Shown: piece by piece, positions 35,788 through 44,767 of the stretch | How the letters are laid out: each line of letters opens with the position of its first letter | How positions within the stretch are numbered: the first letter of the stretch is position 1 | NCBI GenBank assembly: GCA_963738945.1 | Contig: CAVTYD010000002.1 | Span: 3,215,027-3,279,026 of the forward strand | Direction: 5' to 3' | Origin: an uncultured Acidobacteriota bacterium | GTDB lineage: Bacteria; Acidobacteriota; Thermoanaerobaculia; UBA5066; Gp7-AA6 | Length of the DNA: 64,000 bases | Program-made: the position numbers and the translations under genes | Notes under the pieces: generated by a model | The model's input: only the letters and a program-made list of their open reading frames with translations | The model's database searches: none | Told to the model about the DNA's origin: nothing

Positions 35788-37008
35788 GTGATCGCGGCGT
35801 TCTCGCTCCTCTTCTCGGGCTGGCTCGTGCTGTCGCCATCGCCATCGCCGCCGCCGCCGGCCGCCCCGCCGGTGGTGTCCGAGATCGACCGGGTCATCCG
35901 CGAAGGCTTCTACGACGCGAGACTGAAGGGCGTCGATTGGAGCGCCGCCGTCACGCGCGCTTCGGCGGAGCTGGCGAAGGCCTCGACGCCGGCCGAGCGG
36001 GACGCGGTCTACGACCGGCTTCTCGCCACACTCTCCGACTCCCATACCTTCCGCGTCCCGGCGGGCCGTCTTCCGGAGCGCGGCTGGGGCACGACGGGGC
36101 TCCGGATCGGAAGAGACGGCGAGGGCTTCGCCGTCAAGGGAACCCTCCCGGGCAGCTCCGCGGAACGCGCGGGTCTGAAGCCCGGAGACCGCATCCTCGA
36201 GATCGACGGTCGCCGCTATGGGGCCGAGCCCGTCGACTTCCGCGACCTCTTCCTCGTCTCGGAAGGGGCGCCGGGAACGTTCTCCCAGGTCGTCTCACAG
36301 CGGACGGGCGCGCCGGCGCGGACCGACCGCCTCGTGCGCACGGTGGAGGAGCCGGGGGACGCGCTCGTCTGGAAGAGCGCTCGCGTCATCCGCCGCGGCG
36401 GAAGGAGCTACGGCTACGCGCGACTCTGGGGGATGAGCGCGGAAACGGCGCTCGCGGTCGTGGACCTGCTGCTCGATCGCAAGCAGACCGAACGCGCCCG
36501 GTCGGGCCTCGAGGGCTGGGGCGAGATCGAGGGACTGCTGCTCGACGTCCGCGGCAACAGCGGCGGATACGACCCCGACATCCTGACGACGTACCTCGAG
36601 GGCCGTTGGAGCTCCGGCGACTACTACACGATCACGCGCGAGGGAAGGCGCCTCGAGCCGCCGGTGTCCGTGCGGCTTCCCGTGGCTCTCCTCGTCAACT
36701 CGGGAACGGCATCGTCGGGCGAGGCGCTCGCGCTGAAGTTCCGGTCGCACCGGATCGGGCCCGTCGTCGGCGAGACGACCGCCGGGATGATGAGCGGCGG
36801 CGCCGCGGCCGAGCGTCTCTCCGACGGCTCGACCCTCTGGTACACGGCGCGCGCGATCGAGAGTCTCGATGGGAAGAGCTACGAGGGCTCCGGCGTCGCG
36901 CCCGACGTCCCCGTGCCCGACCGGCCGCCCTCGAACGAGGGACAGGAGGACGCGATCGTCGAGGCGGCGCTCAAGTCGCTCGCAGCGCCTGGGGTATCCT
37001 CACCGTGA
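35788..37008 (+). CDS. S41-family C-terminal processing peptidase with PDZ domain
   Basis: [13 protein letters not shown] (PDZ), [25 protein letters not shown]. Confidence 0.8.
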   Translation: MIAAFSLLFSGWLVLSPSPSPPPPAAPPVVSEIDRVIREGFYDARLKGVDWSAAVTRASAELAKASTPAERDAVYDRLLATLSDSHTFRVPAGRLPERGWGTTGLRIGRDGEGFAVKGTLPGSSAERAGLKPGDRILEIDGRRYGAEPVDFRDLFLVSEGAPGTFSQVVSQRTGAPARTDRLVRTVEEPGDALVWKSARVIRRGGRSYGYARLWGMSAETALAVVDLLLDRKQTERARSGLEGWGEIEGLLLDVRGNSGGYDPDILTTYLEGRWSSGDYYTITREGRRLEPPVSVRLPVALLVNSGTASSGEALALKFRSHRIGPVVGETTAGMMSGGAAAERLSDGSTLWYTARAIESLDGKSYEGSGVAPDVPVPDRPPSNEGQEDAIVEAALKSLAAPGVSSP

Positions 37009-37544
37009 TGGAAAAGTGGCGATCCACGACCGTCCTCTGCGTCCGCCATCAGGGCAAGATCGCCATGGTGTCGGATGGTCAGGTCACGCTCGGCACGACC
37101 ATCATGAAGCAGACCGCGGCGAAGATCCGGCGCCTGAAGGGCGGCGAGGTGCTCGCGGGCTTCGCGGGATCTTCGGCCGATGCCTTCGCCCTCTTCTCGC
37201 GCTTCGAGATGAAGCTCGAAGAGCACCGCGGAAACCTCGAGCGCTCCGCGATCGAGCTCGCCAAGGACTGGCGAACCGACAAGATGCTGCGCCAGCTCGA
37301 GGCCCTGCTCATCGTCGCCGACAGGACGACGTCGCTCCTGATCTCGGGGACCGGAGACCTGATCTCCCCGGAGGAGGGCGTCCTCGCGATCGGCTCCGGC
37401 GGCTCCTTTGCCCTGGCCGCGGCCCGCGCCCTCGTCAAGCACCGTCCCGACATGACCGCCGCCGAGATCGCCCGCGAGGCCCTGCTCATCGCGGCGCAGA
37501 TCGACATCTACACGAACGATCACATCACGCTCGAAGAGGTCTGA
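37008..37544 (+). CDS. hslV: ATP-dependent protease subunit HslV
   Basis: [29 protein letters not shown].., [25 protein letters not shown] six-residue leader precedes the catalytic Thr. Confidence 0.95.
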   Translation: MEKWRSTTVLCVRHQGKIAMVSDGQVTLGTTIMKQTAAKIRRLKGGEVLAGFAGSSADAFALFSRFEMKLEEHRGNLERSAIELAKDWRTDKMLRQLEALLIVADRTTSLLISGTGDLISPEEGVLAIGSGGSFALAAARALVKHRPDMTAAEIAREALLIAAQIDIYTNDHITLEEV

Positions 37545-37555
37545 GGCCCCGCCCG

Positions 37556-38359
37556 TCAGGCGAGGTTGCGGCGCCGGATCGCCCACACCGCCAGCAGAAA
37601 AAAGAGACCCAGGGCGGTCGCCGAGTAGCCGGCCGTGCGCGCCAGGACGAGCCAATCGGATGCGGAGGCCCGCAGCGATTCGCTCACGGCGGTCGTCCGG
37701 TCGCCGTAGGGACTGAACGTCGGAAGGACCATGTAGATGACGTTCGAGGTCGTCTCGAACGCGGGCAGCAGCGGGTTGCCGCCCGTCGTCTTGATCGCCG
37801 TCAGGAACATCGTCCGAAGCCCGTCGAACGTGGATTCGTTGAACACGACGGCCACGATCGTGGCGACGATCGGATGGAGGACGAGCGTCAGGAATGAGAG
37901 GTACGCCAGGACGATGGCCGCTCGGAGGAACCCTTCGACGGCCAGGAAGAAGAGACCCGACTGGATCGGCACTCTCCATGCGAGCGACAGGCCGATGCCG
38001 AAGAGAAGATTGACGCCATAGAGCATCGCCGTCACCGCCAGCGCCGAAAGGAACACCGATGCGATCCAGACTTCGGGCAGGCACGGTTTCGTGAGGACCA
38101 TCTTGACGGTTCGATGTCTCAGATGCGAGGAGATCGCGAAGAGGCCGAGCGCGGCCGAAAGGACGAGTCCGAAGGAGTTCAGAGTCGACACGGCCTCCGC
38201 GATGATGTCGAAGTGCGCCGCGGTCGAGCCGTAGACGAGCGATTCCGAAACGGTCAGGGCCGAAAGCACCAGGAGGATCAGGGCGACGACGAGGAGCAGG
38301 CGGTTTCGAGCGTAGAACTTCAGGAGTACGCGCACGTTCGCCCGGATCTGTTCAATCAT
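37556..38359 (-). CDS. ABC-2-type transporter permease (multi-pass membrane protein)
   Basis: 267 aa dominated by hydrophobic helices. The start overlaps the stop of the upstream ABC ATPase gene by 8 bp. Confidence 0.6.
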   Translation of the reverse strand: MIEQIRANVRVLLKFYARNRLLLVVALILLVLSALTVSESLVYGSTAAHFDIIAEAVSTLNSFGLVLSAALGLFAISSHLRHRTVKMVLTKPCLPEVWIASVFLSALAVTAMLYGVNLLFGIGLSLAWRVPIQSGLFFLAVEGFLRAAIVLAYLSFLTLVLHPIVATIVAVVFNESTFDGLRTMFLTAIKTTGGNPLLPAFETTSNVIYMVLPTFSPYGDRTTAVSESLRASASDWLVLARTAGYSATALGLFFLLAVWAIRRRNLA

Positions 38360-39260
38360 GGGAGGCCGCTTCGAGAATGGAGAGGAACGATTCCTCGAGG
38401 CTGCGCCGGCGGAGCACGCACGAATGCACGGCCAGCCGGCGGTCGCGTGCGAACGTCACGAAGTCGCACAGCCGGTCCGTCGGCACCCATCCGACGATGC
38501 CGCCGTCGCGCCGTTCCGTCTCCCGGATCCATTCCGGGAGCGAGTCTCCCGCCTCGAATTCGACGTCGTACGCATCGGCGCCCGTGCGCGTGAGGTTGGC
38601 GATCGAATCGCTGGCGGCGACGCGACCGCGATGGACGACGACGACGCGGGTCGCCAGGCTCTCGACCTCGGGCAGGATGTGCGAGCTCATCACGACGGTC
38701 GAGCCCTGCCGGTGAAGGTCGGTCAGGATCTCCCGAAACTGACGGACGGTCATCGGGTCGAGCCCGCGCATCGGTTCGTCGAGGAAGAGCAGGCGCGGCG
38801 AGTGGAGGAGGCACTGGGCGATGCCGACCTTCTGCTTCATGCCCTTCGAGCACTTCGAGAGCCGCATCCGCCGGAATTCGGCGAGGCCGAGCCGCTCGAG
38901 CAGCGCCGCCAGGTCGGCGGAGGACGGCCGGCGGCCCACCAGGGAGGCATAGAAGCGAACGGCCTCCTCGACCGTCAGGTACAGGTGATAGGTCGGCTCC
39001 TCCGGCAGATAGGCAATCGCGCGCCAGGAGGAGCTCCCGAGCCGCGGGATCTCGCCGAGGACACGGACGGAGCCGGAGGTCGGGCGCGTCAGGCCGAGGA
39101 GGCAGTAGAGGGCCGTCGATTTGCCCGCGCCGTTGGCGCCGAGCAGGGCGACGAACTCGCCTTCGCGCACCTCGAGATCGAAGCCGGCGAGCGCGTCGAC
39201 GGGCTTGCGGCCGATGCCCTTGCGAAAGCGGACGCGGAGGTCGCGCGCTTCGGCGATCAC
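38352..39260 (-). CDS. ABC transporter ATP-binding protein
   Basis: GTG at 39260 overlaps the upstream stop (GTGA). GANGAGKST Walker A, SKGMKQKV signature, LLFLDEP Walker B. Confidence 0.9.
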   Translation of the reverse strand: MIAEARDLRVRFRKGIGRKPVDALAGFDLEVREGEFVALLGANGAGKSTALYCLLGLTRPTSGSVRVLGEIPRLGSSSWRAIAYLPEEPTYHLYLTVEEAVRFYASLVGRRPSSADLAALLERLGLAEFRRMRLSKCSKGMKQKVGIAQCLLHSPRLLFLDEPMRGLDPMTVRQFREILTDLHRQGSTVVMSSHILPEVESLATRVVVVHRGRVAASDSIANLTRTGADAYDVEFEAGDSLPEWIRETERRDGGIVGWVPTDRLCDFVTFARDRRLAVHSCVLRRRSLEESFLSILEAASHD

Positions 39261-40111
39261 ATGGACTCCATGCAGAACTGCTTGCCGAGCTCCCGCATCA
39301 CGTCGGCGTCGGACTCCTCCCCGAAGGTCCGGGCGGCGAGGGCCTTCTTGACCTTCGCGGCGTTGTTGCAGCCGCACGCACTCACTTTCTTCGAACAGCC
39401 GCACAGACAGTCCATCGTCTCGGCGATCTTGAGTGCGCGGCCCTTGAGGTCCGTCGGGCGCCGCGCGGGAACGGGCCGGACCGGCTGGTAGGTCTCCTGC
39501 GCGGCCGCGGCGACGTAGGCGTCGTGGTCGATGCCCTTGCCGGCGCGAATCGCGTCGAGCTCGCGCGTGACCTCGGGCTTCAACGTGACGTCCGCGTTGC
39601 GGATGGCGCCCGGCTCGAAGAGGCGCACCCGGCCGTCCGCGCCGATCAGGACGTTCGTCGGGTAGCTCGTGACGCCGAAGAGACGCTGGATGCGCTGGGC
39701 GTGGTCGATGCCGACGGGCGCCGGAAGGTGGTATTCGTCGGCGAATTTCCGGACGAGCGGCGGCTCCTCGCCGGCGTCCACGAAGACGATGACCCACGGC
39801 TCGGAGCCGAGCCCGGACGAGAACCGCTGGAGCTCCGGGATCTCCTTGCGGCACGGCTGACACCAGGTGGCGAAGAAGTTGACGAGGATGACCTTCCGGC
39901 CGATCGCCTCCGAGAGCCGGAACTTGCCGCCGTCCAGGGTGTCGAGCTCGAAATCCGGAGCCACGCGGCCCGGCCAGAGCCGGTTGGCCCGGTTCTCCCG
40001 GGCGAACTGCTCAATCTCTGAGAGATCGGGCTGCTCCTTGATCGCGAAGTGCATGCCCACGAGCAGGACCGAGAAGAACAGAATCCCCAAGAAGAGGACG
40101 CGCGTGCGCAT
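39257..40111 (-). CDS. membrane-anchored TlpA/ResA-type thiol:disulfide oxidoreductase with C-terminal Cys-rich domain
   Basis: MRTRVLFLGILFFSVLLVG anchor (ATG 40111; the ORF can extend to 40168), FFATWCQPCRKE, C-terminal MDCLCGCSKKVSACGC cluster. Confidence 0.8.
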   Translation of the reverse strand: MRTRVLFLGILFFSVLLVGMHFAIKEQPDLSEIEQFARENRANRLWPGRVAPDFELDTLDGGKFRLSEAIGRKVILVNFFATWCQPCRKEIPELQRFSSGLGSEPWVIVFVDAGEEPPLVRKFADEYHLPAPVGIDHAQRIQRLFGVTSYPTNVLIGADGRVRLFEPGAIRNADVTLKPEVTRELDAIRAGKGIDHDAYVAAAAQETYQPVRPVPARRPTDLKGRALKIAETMDCLCGCSKKVSACGCNNAAKVKKALAARTFGEESDADVMRELGKQFCMESM

Positions 40112-40241
40112 CAGTTCCTCGATACCCCGGCGGCGGGGCGGGTGCCTTCGTTGGCCGAAATGATACACCCCCCTTCACGTACGGATCCGGGCGTCCTCAT
40201 GAGGAGACCCCGCCTCTGGTATTTTGGTGCCCGTGGTTTTC

Positions 40242-41591
40242 ATGATGCCCGGCGAGACCGAGGCCGAGGTCCCCGCGGCGGCGGCCCGGACGCCCCGCGA
40301 GATCGTCGCGGAGCTCGATAAGTTCGTCATCGGTCAGAAGCGGGCGAAGAAGGCCGTGGCGATCGCGCTGCGCAACCGCTGGCGCCGCCAGAGGCTCTCT
40401 CCCGAGATGGCGCGGGAGATCCTGCCGAAGAACATCCTGATGATCGGCCCGACCGGGGTCGGCAAGACGGAGATCGCCCGGCGCCTGGCGCGGCTGGCGG
40501 ACGCGCCGTTTCTGAAGGTCGAGGCCTCGAAGTTCACGGAGGTCGGCTACGTCGGGCGCGACGTGGAGTCGATCGTGCGCGACCTGACCGAGGTCGCCGT
40601 CCAGATGGTGCGCGAAGAGAAGACGCTCGAGATTCGAGACCGGGCCTCGAGCCGCACCGAGCAGAGGCTGCTCGACATGCTTCTTCCCGCGCTGTCCGAC
40701 CTCGAGGGGGAGGAGACGCGCAACCGGCTGCGGCAGCAACTCCGCGACGGCCGGCTCGAGGATCGGCTCGTCGAAGTCGAAGTCGCCGACAAGACGTTCC
40801 CGTCTTTCGAGATCGTCACCAACCAGGGTGTCGAGGAGATGGACATCAACGTCAAGGAGATGCTGCCCGGGCTCTTCGGCGGCAAGAAGAAGCGCCGCAA
40901 GACGACCGTCGGCGAGGCGCGCCAGATCCTGCAGGCCGAGGAGGAGGGCCGTCTGATCGATCCGGGCCAGGTCGCGCGGGAGGCGGTCGAGCGCGCGCAG
41001 TCTTCGGGCATCGTGTTCCTGGACGAGATCGACAAGGTCGCCGGCCGCGAATCGGGCGGCCGCGGGCCGGATGTCTCTCGCGAGGGCGTGCAGCGAGACC
41101 TGCTTCCGATCGTCGAGGGCACGTCGGTCAACACCAAGTACGGGTTCGTCAAGACCGACCACGTCCTCTTCATCGCCGCGGGAGCCTTCCACGTCTCGAA
41201 GCCGTCGGACCTCATTCCGGAGCTGCAGGGCCGCTTCCCGATCCGCGTCGAGCTCGACTCCCTGTCGGAGGGCGATTTCGTCCGCATCCTGACGGAGCCG
41301 GAGAACGCGCTGCTCAAGCAGTATCGGGCCCTCCTCACCTCCGAGGGCGTCGACCTCACCTTTTCGGACGATGCGATCGGCGAGATCGCCCGCGATGCCG
41401 AGCGTGTCAACCGGGCCCTCGAGAACATCGGCGCGCGCCGCCTGCACACGATCCTCGAGCGCCTGCTCGAGGACATCTCGTTCGCGGGCCCCGAGAACGC
41501 GGGCAAGGCGATCCGCATCGAGATCGCGGACGTGCAGACCGCGCTCGCCGATCTCGTCAAGGACGAGGACCTGTCGCGATACGTTTTGTAG
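40242..41591 (+). CDS. hslU: ATP-dependent protease ATPase subunit HslU
   Basis: [47 protein letters not shown]. First ATG at 40242 (the ORF opens at TTG 40224). Confidence 0.95.
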   Translation: MMPGETEAEVPAAAARTPREIVAELDKFVIGQKRAKKAVAIALRNRWRRQRLSPEMAREILPKNILMIGPTGVGKTEIARRLARLADAPFLKVEASKFTEVGYVGRDVESIVRDLTEVAVQMVREEKTLEIRDRASSRTEQRLLDMLLPALSDLEGEETRNRLRQQLRDGRLEDRLVEVEVADKTFPSFEIVTNQGVEEMDINVKEMLPGLFGGKKKRRKTTVGEARQILQAEEEGRLIDPGQVAREAVERAQSSGIVFLDEIDKVAGRESGGRGPDVSREGVQRDLLPIVEGTSVNTKYGFVKTDHVLFIAAGAFHVSKPSDLIPELQGRFPIRVELDSLSEGDFVRILTEPENALLKQYRALLTSEGVDLTFSDDAIGEIARDAERVNRALENIGARRLHTILERLLEDISFAGPENAGKAIRIEIADVQTALADLVKDEDLSRYVL

Positions 41592-41600
41592 GACACCCGT

Positions 41601-41687
41601 GTCTTCCCGAGCGCAGCGAGGGATCCCTTTCCTAACCGCCATGTCGCTCAGAAAGGGATCCCTCGTCGCTTCGCTCCTCGGGATGAC
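41601..41687. repeat. REP-like imperfect palindrome spanning the start codon of the next gene
   Basis: Left arm gtcttcccgagcgcagcgagggatcccttt (41601-41630). The right arm (41652-41687) is its reverse complement apart from 2 mismatches and two 3-nt bulges. The inner 11-bp stem is perfect, and the 21-nt loop holds the ATG at 41641. Confidence 0.55.
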
Positions 41688-42843
41688 AGGTTTTTGCGCC
41701 CTGGCTCTCGTCTCCTGCGGGAAGAAGGGCGATCCCGAGCCGCCGCTGCCGAAGGGACCGAACGCGATCTCGAACCTTTCGGTCGAGCAGGAGGGCGACG
41801 ATGCGGTCCTGACCTTCGCCTTTCCCGACCGGCTGCAGACGGGGTCTCCCCTGACGGACCTCTCGGAAATCGACGTCTATCGGGTCGTCAACGCCCCGCC
41901 GGCCCTGACGGCGCCTCGGCCGGCGGCCGCGGGCGGCGCGCCCGCCGGGGGATCCACCGGGTCCACCACGACGACGGCGCACCTGCCGGGCGCGGGAGAG
42001 CGCCGTGCCGCGACGAACGTCCGGATCGCCGAGGAGCAGTTCTACGCGTCCGCGAAGAAGGTCGCCTCGCTCTCCCTGACCGCGATCGCGGAGAGCACCC
42101 GCGGCGCTTCGGTCGTGTATCGCGACCCGCTCTCGGCTCTGCTCGCGAAGGCGAAGGAGCCGCAACCCCTGGCCTATGCCGTGATCTCGGTCCGGCGCGG
42201 CGGGCAGCGCAGCCCTCTCTCGAACATCGTCGTTCTGACGCCCGACATCGCGCCCGGAGCGCCGACGTTCCAGCCGGCGGACCCCGAAGAGGGTCGCGTC
42301 TGCCTCGAATGGCTTCCGCCCGAGACCGACGTCCTCGGGCGGCCGGTCGAGATCGGCGGCTACAACGTGTATCGCCGCATCCTCCCGCAGGAGGAATACG
42401 AGGCGCCGCTCAATCCGAAGCCGATCGCGGGCCTTTCCTACGTGGATGCGGGTGCGCCCTACGGCGCTCCGATGCTCTACACCGTACGCGCGATCCTCGC
42501 GAAGAACCCGAAAATCGAGGGTCTTCCCGCCGACGAGCTCGCGGTCATCTATCGGGACATCTATCCGCCGCCGAGGCCGACCCGGCTCGACGCGCTTTCG
42601 GAGGCGGAGCGCGTGCGGCTCGTCTGGACACCGGTGGATGCCGCGGACCTCGCGGGATATCTCGTCTTTCGCGCGGATGCGGAAGGGCCGCCGGCGCTGC
42701 TGACGAAGGAGCTCGTGACCGATCCCTTCTATACCGACGAAACCGTGCGCTCCGGCCGGCGCTACCGCTACTCGGTCGTTTCCGTGGACCGGGCCGGCAA
42801 TCGCAGCGAGGCGTCGCCGGAGGCCGTCGCGGAACCCTTCTGA
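41641..42843 (+). CDS. lipoprotein with fibronectin-type-III-like domains
   Basis: MSLRKGSLVASLLGMTGFCALALVSC|G lipobox. FN3-like segments (CLEWLPPETD..YNVYRR; VRLVWTPVDAADLAGYLVFR..YRYSVVSVDRAGNRS). Confidence 0.7.
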   Translation: MSLRKGSLVASLLGMTGFCALALVSCGKKGDPEPPLPKGPNAISNLSVEQEGDDAVLTFAFPDRLQTGSPLTDLSEIDVYRVVNAPPALTAPRPAAAGGAPAGGSTGSTTTTAHLPGAGERRAATNVRIAEEQFYASAKKVASLSLTAIAESTRGASVVYRDPLSALLAKAKEPQPLAYAVISVRRGGQRSPLSNIVVLTPDIAPGAPTFQPADPEEGRVCLEWLPPETDVLGRPVEIGGYNVYRRILPQEEYEAPLNPKPIAGLSYVDAGAPYGAPMLYTVRAILAKNPKIEGLPADELAVIYRDIYPPPRPTRLDALSEAERVRLVWTPVDAADLAGYLVFRADAEGPPALLTKELVTDPFYTDETVRSGRRYRYSVVSVDRAGNRSEASPEAVAEPF

Positions 42844-42886
42844 GAGGCTCTCGATGAGGGGCGCCCTTCCGTTACACTCCGGCTCC

Positions 42887-43717
42887 ATGTCCCTTCCGAC
42901 GCGCTTCCTCAAGATGGCCGGCGGCGGCAACGACTTCCTCGTCTTCGACGCGGACGGCCGCGGCCTGTCCGAGGAGGACCGGGCAAGGCTGGCGCTCGTG
43001 TGCCGGAGGGGGCTGTCGGTCGGCGCGGACGGCGCCCTCTTCCTGTCGAGCGGGGAGAAGGGGCGCGTCCGCGTGGATTACTTCAACTCCGACGGCGGCC
43101 CGGCGACCTTCTGCGCGAACGGCACCCGCTGCGCGGCCCGTTACGCCGTCCGGCACGGCCTGGCGTCGGGCAGCGCCGCGGTCCTCGAGACGGGATGGGG
43201 AGCGATCGAAGCCCGCATCGACGGGGAGAACGTCACCCTGTCGCTTCCGGCGATCCCGGCGCCGCAGGATCCCGTTCCCATCTCCGGACGAGGCCTTCCG
43301 CCGACGGCGATTCCCATGAAGGTGGGCGTGCCGCACCTGGTCGTCTTCGTGCGGGGCGATCTCTCGAACCTCGCGATCGAGCGGCTCGGGCCGCCTTTGC
43401 GCCATCACCCGGCCCTGACGGAAGGCGCCAACATCAACTTCGTTCGCTCGGCCGGGGACAACCGCATCCACGTCCGCTCCTGGGAGCGCGGGGTCGAAGG
43501 GGAGACCCTCTCCTGCGGATCGGGAGTGGTGGCGGCGGCGATCGCGGCCGGCCGCCAGGGCATGGCCGTCTCGCCGGTGACCTGCGGGACGAAGAGCGGT
43601 GTCGATCTCGTCGTCGAGTTTCGCGACGAGGGCAACATCATCGCCGGGGTGCGCCTGACGGGAGACGCGCGCGAGGTGTATTCGGGCGAGCTGCTCGCGG
43701 AGTCGTGGAAGGCGTGA
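42887..43717 (+). CDS. dapF: diaminopimelate epimerase
   Basis: KMAGGGNDFLVFD, FCANGTRCAARY, ETLSCGSGVVAAA (both catalytic Cys blocks). Confidence 0.9.
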   Translation: MSLPTRFLKMAGGGNDFLVFDADGRGLSEEDRARLALVCRRGLSVGADGALFLSSGEKGRVRVDYFNSDGGPATFCANGTRCAARYAVRHGLASGSAAVLETGWGAIEARIDGENVTLSLPAIPAPQDPVPISGRGLPPTAIPMKVGVPHLVVFVRGDLSNLAIERLGPPLRHHPALTEGANINFVRSAGDNRIHVRSWERGVEGETLSCGSGVVAAAIAAGRQGMAVSPVTCGTKSGVDLVVEFRDEGNIIAGVRLTGDAREVYSGELLAESWKA

Positions 43718-44370
43718 GCCGCCGCATCCCGTTCGGATCGGCGGATGCGCCGCCGCCGCCCTCCAAGATCGTCGCGGTCGGGAGGAACTATCGCGAGCAC
43801 GCCGCGGAATTCGGGCGGACCGCGCCCGAGGACGAGCCGATGCTCTTTCTCAAGGCGCCCTCGGCGCTCGTCCTGCCCGGCGGAGCGATCCGGCTTCCGC
43901 CCGAGTCGGCGCGCGTGGACTACGAGGGGGAGCTCTGCCTCGTGATCGGCCGGCGGATCAAACGCTGGCCCGAGGCAGAGTGGCTCGAGGCTCTCGCCGG
44001 CGTCTGCTGCGCCAACGACGTGACGGCCCGCGACCTCCAGACGAAGGACCGGCAGTTCGCGCGTTCGAAGTCGTTCGACACGTTCTGTCCGATCGGGCCC
44101 GAGATCGTCGCGGGGCTCGACCCCTCGAATGCCTCGATCGCGACCCGCGTCAACGGCGCCCCTCGGCAGAGCGCGCGCGTCTCCGACATGGTTTTTTCGC
44201 CGGCGTTTCTGGTGGCGTACATTTCGCGGATGATGACGCTCCTTCCGGGCGACCTCATCCTGACCGGAACGCCCGCCGGCGTGGGACCGCTTTCCCCGGG
44301 CGACGAGGTCGAAGTCGAGATCGAGGGAATCGGAGTCCTGCGAAATCGGGTGGAGGATGGGAGAAGTTAG
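43714..44370 (+). CDS. fumarylacetoacetate hydrolase (FAH) family protein
   Basis: GTG overlaps the dapF stop. KIVAVGRNYREHA, DYEGELCLVIGR, NDVTARDLQ, KSFDTFCPIGP. Confidence 0.85.
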   Translation: MSRRIPFGSADAPPPPSKIVAVGRNYREHAAEFGRTAPEDEPMLFLKAPSALVLPGGAIRLPPESARVDYEGELCLVIGRRIKRWPEAEWLEALAGVCCANDVTARDLQTKDRQFARSKSFDTFCPIGPEIVAGLDPSNASIATRVNGAPRQSARVSDMVFSPAFLVAYISRMMTLLPGDLILTGTPAGVGPLSPGDEVEVEIEGIGVLRNRVEDGRS

Positions 44371-44767
44371 GCGCGTTCTGGCGGCCGTCTCGCTGCTGGT
44401 CCTCGCCCTCTCTCTCGCTTCGCCCCTCTCGATTCCCGAGACGCGCGCCCGCCTCGCGCGCCTCGGCAGGGCGCTCACGGGCGACCCCTCGTATCGCTCC
44501 GACGCGATGAGCTTCTGGTTCGACCCGGCGTACGCCGCGTTTCTCGACGACGTCCGGCGTCGAACTCCCGAAACGGCGACGGTGGCGCTTCTCGTGCCCC
44601 CGTCGCCGGATCTCTATTTCGACCAGGCCGTCTATCGGCTCGCGCCGCGGCGAGTGGTGGGCCGGGATCGTCAGGACGAAGCGGGCTTCGTCGCACAATA
44701 CGGCGCGACGGCCGGTCTCGAGTCCGATGGAGCCTCGATCGCCCACGGGCGGCTGCGGCAGCGATGA
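44357..44767 (+). CDS. hypothetical exported/anchored protein
   Basis: N-terminal hydrophobic segment VLAAVSLLVLALSLASPLS. Overlaps both neighbours by a few bases (operon-like). No family recognised. Confidence 0.45.
   Translation: MGEVRRVLAAVSLLVLALSLASPLSIPETRARLARLGRALTGDPSYRSDAMSFWFDPAYAAFLDDVRRRTPETATVALLVPPSPDLYFDQAVYRLAPRRVVGRDRQDEAGFVAQYGATAGLESDGASIAHGRLRQR

Noticed and set aside
32024-35845. 1273-aa minus-strand ORF. Similar giants occur at 7146..10133 (-), 13428..16322 (+), 52668..56801 (+), 57743..60832 (+) and 23847..24002 upstream of the CHAT start.
   Set aside because: They are Arg/Pro/Gly-rich, lack recognisable motifs, and lie antisense or out of frame to genes with clear homology. 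These are typical shadow ORFs of a GC-rich genome.
37008-37025. Six extra codons (MEKWRS) before the catalytic Thr of HslV, as a possible mis-called start.
   Set aside because: There is no alternative start codon adjacent to TTV. Short propeptides occur in CodW-type HslV, and the ATG overlaps the upstream stop in an operon-like way.
21290-40241. The four inserted blocks as classical genomic islands or integrated mobile elements.
   Set aside because: No integrase (other than the backbone xerC), transposase, tRNA attachment site, phage genes or flanking direct repeats are visible. Accessory status rests only on interrupted synteny.
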